A stretch of 54,463 nt of DNA. It comes from a virus. A model generated the notes under the pieces. That model was not told the origin of the DNA and ran no database searches. It saw nothing but the letters and a program-made list of their open reading frames with translations. Location of the stretch: the IMG/VR virus record IMGVR_UViG_3300037419_001463, positions 1 to 54,463 of that record; one strand, 5' to 3'. A program made the translations under genes and the position numbers. Of the stretch, positions 53,393-54,463 are shown piece by piece. The stretch's first letter is position 1. Each line of letters starts with the position of its first letter.

Positions 53393-53636
53393 GTAGTCAC
53401 GTAGTCACCCTATAGTCACCCCCGGGGTGACTATACGTTTCCGCAGGTCAGAGGCCCTTTTCGGCCGTTATAGTCACGTAGTCACCCAACTTTAGAAACG
53501 AATCTGTAGAGCCAGAACTACAGGGTTTCAAGTTCTCGGGTGACTACGTGACTATGACCCGCCTGATGGTCGCGTTTCCGCAGGTCAGAGGCGGTAGTCA
53601 CGTAGTCACCCACCCAGTGGTCGGCGGGGTGACTAC
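53393..53636. repeat. second array of about 11 copies of GTAGTCACC / GGTGACTAC, with one full and one partial composite element
   Basis: Forward copies start at 53393, 53401, 53412 (variant), 53470 (variant), 53478, 53594 and 53602. Reverse copies start at 53426 (variant), 53539, 53548 (variant) and 53628. The composite unit is 53401..53455, with an extra GTTTCCGCAGGTCAGAGGCGG box at 53574..53594. Confidence 0.9.
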
Positions 53637-53819
53637 AGCCCGTTGTAGGGTCCTCGAGCTAAGCTCTAGTAAGACCACTAAAACAGTCCCGATAACATAC
53701 CTTATGTCAAGTCGGGGCTGTCACTTCTCCCCTGGGCTGGACATCGCCGTTCCAGCAGCTACGGTCGGTACAACTCATTCACTCATGCGGATCGCGTTCC
53801 CTACCGACCTAGGAACACC

Positions 53820-54463
53820 ATGAGTCAGAGTGAGAAGTCGGGTTACTTCCAGGCGCTGAAGGCAGCCGGGGTCACCTTCGACAGGCACTACCGCGAGTAC
53901 ACGACCGCCGAGCTCAAGGCGGCCTACGACCGGCTCCCGTCGCAGCCGCAGCTGCCGACCCCGCCCTCCGACGTCGTCCGTACCGACGCCGACGGCCTGG
54001 TCCCGCCCGCTCCGGGCGTCGTGCCCGAGCCGGCCTTCGACCCGGCCGCCCTGGCCGAGGCATACGCCGGTCTCGTCCAGCCTGAAGGCCCGGCCGTCGC
54101 CCGACCCGAGCCGTACCCCGTGTTCGAGGAGCCCGCTCCCCCGCCGCTCCCGGTCCGTGCGGCCGACCCGAACGAGATGGCCGGCGCCCGGCTGAACACC
54201 AAGGACGCCGACGAGCCGATCCGCCGTGACGAGCACGGCCGCCTCTGGTACCAGGAGGAGGTCCGCAAGCCGGGCTACCCCAAGCCCCGCGGCCGCCGCG
54301 TGCTGACCTACACCGACACCGGCACCGAGACCCGGACCCTGGTCACCGGCAAGGAGAACAACGGCTCCGACGTCGTCGAGACCTTCGAGGTCGCCGGCAC
54401 CGGGCCGGGCCGCACCGCCCAGGTGAAGATCACGCTGCCGTCCTACCAGGTCGGGATCTACAG
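53820..54463 (+). CDS. 5-prime part of the ~285-aa hypothetical protein gene that continues at 128..341 after circularisation
   Basis: ATG 53820. Open to the window end. Pro-rich linker, then RKPGYPKPRGRRVLTY... The last 127 nt duplicate the window start. Confidence 0.7.
   Translation, partial: MSQSEKSGYFQALKAAGVTFDRHYREYTTAELKAAYDRLPSQPQLPTPPSDVVRTDADGLVPPAPGVVPEPAFDPAALAEAYAGLVQPEGPAVARPEPYPVFEEPAPPPLPVRAADPNEMAGARLNTKDADEPIRRDEHGRLWYQEEVRKPGYPKPRGRRVLTYTDTGTETRTLVTGKENNGSDVVETFEVAGTGPGRTAQVKITLPSYQVGIY
54337..54463. repeat. second copy of the 127-bp terminal overlap
   Basis: Identical to 1..127. Confidence 0.95.

Noticed and set aside
53548-53823. The 91-aa ORF across the second repeat array.
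   Set aside because: It runs through the repeat units and lower-GC non-coding sequence, has no SD, and has atypical codon usage.

Overview
This window is a complete, circularly closed genome of a tailed phage, about 54.3 kb unique. The first 127 nt recur exactly at the end (1..127 = 54337..54463), inside a coding region. That makes it an assembly overlap, not a physical terminal repeat. The DNA is strongly GC-rich with GC-rich third codon positions and encodes a WhiB-type regulator, so the host is most likely actinobacterial.

Layout:
- A minus-strand early/replication arm (6550..24971) carries an RHH regulator, many small membrane or Cys-rich ORFs, a nucleotidyltransferase, a MoxR-like AAA+/vWA pair, an SSB-like protein, a Cas4-like nuclease, family A DNA polymerase, RuvC, WhiB, a dNTP pyrophosphohydrolase, an HD hydrolase, an SF2 helicase, a D5-type helicase and an AEP primase.
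- A plus-strand arm runs from about 25.4 kb through the junction to 6566. It carries an HTH regulator, a 4,597-aa giant ORF, portal, capsid, virion and tail genes, a fibre protein with three CBM-like modules, a frameshifted exonuclease, a lysis cassette (holin candidate, EEP hydrolase, amidase) and the large terminase.
- I saw no tape measure, tail tube or sheath genes, integrase, tRNA or CRISPR array. The virion module looks podovirus-like.

Most interesting observations:
1. The giant ORF next to the portal contains, by eye, the beta-prime-type double-psi beta-barrel catalytic signature (R-x-P ... A-D-H-D-G-D). It is a candidate virion-packaged two-barrel RNA polymerase fused into a polyprotein.
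2. Two dense arrays of the 9-mer GTAGTCACC hold three copies of a ~55-bp hairpin-plus-box element, each oriented toward a transcription unit.
3. Intergenic hairpins in the early arm have variable stems but an invariant CTAGCAC loop.
4. A conserved TCTCCACCA-N2-GAAAGG leader sits in front of nine early genes.
5. A sharp ~190-bp AT-rich island lies upstream of the giant gene.

All functional calls come from motifs read by eye. No searches were run.
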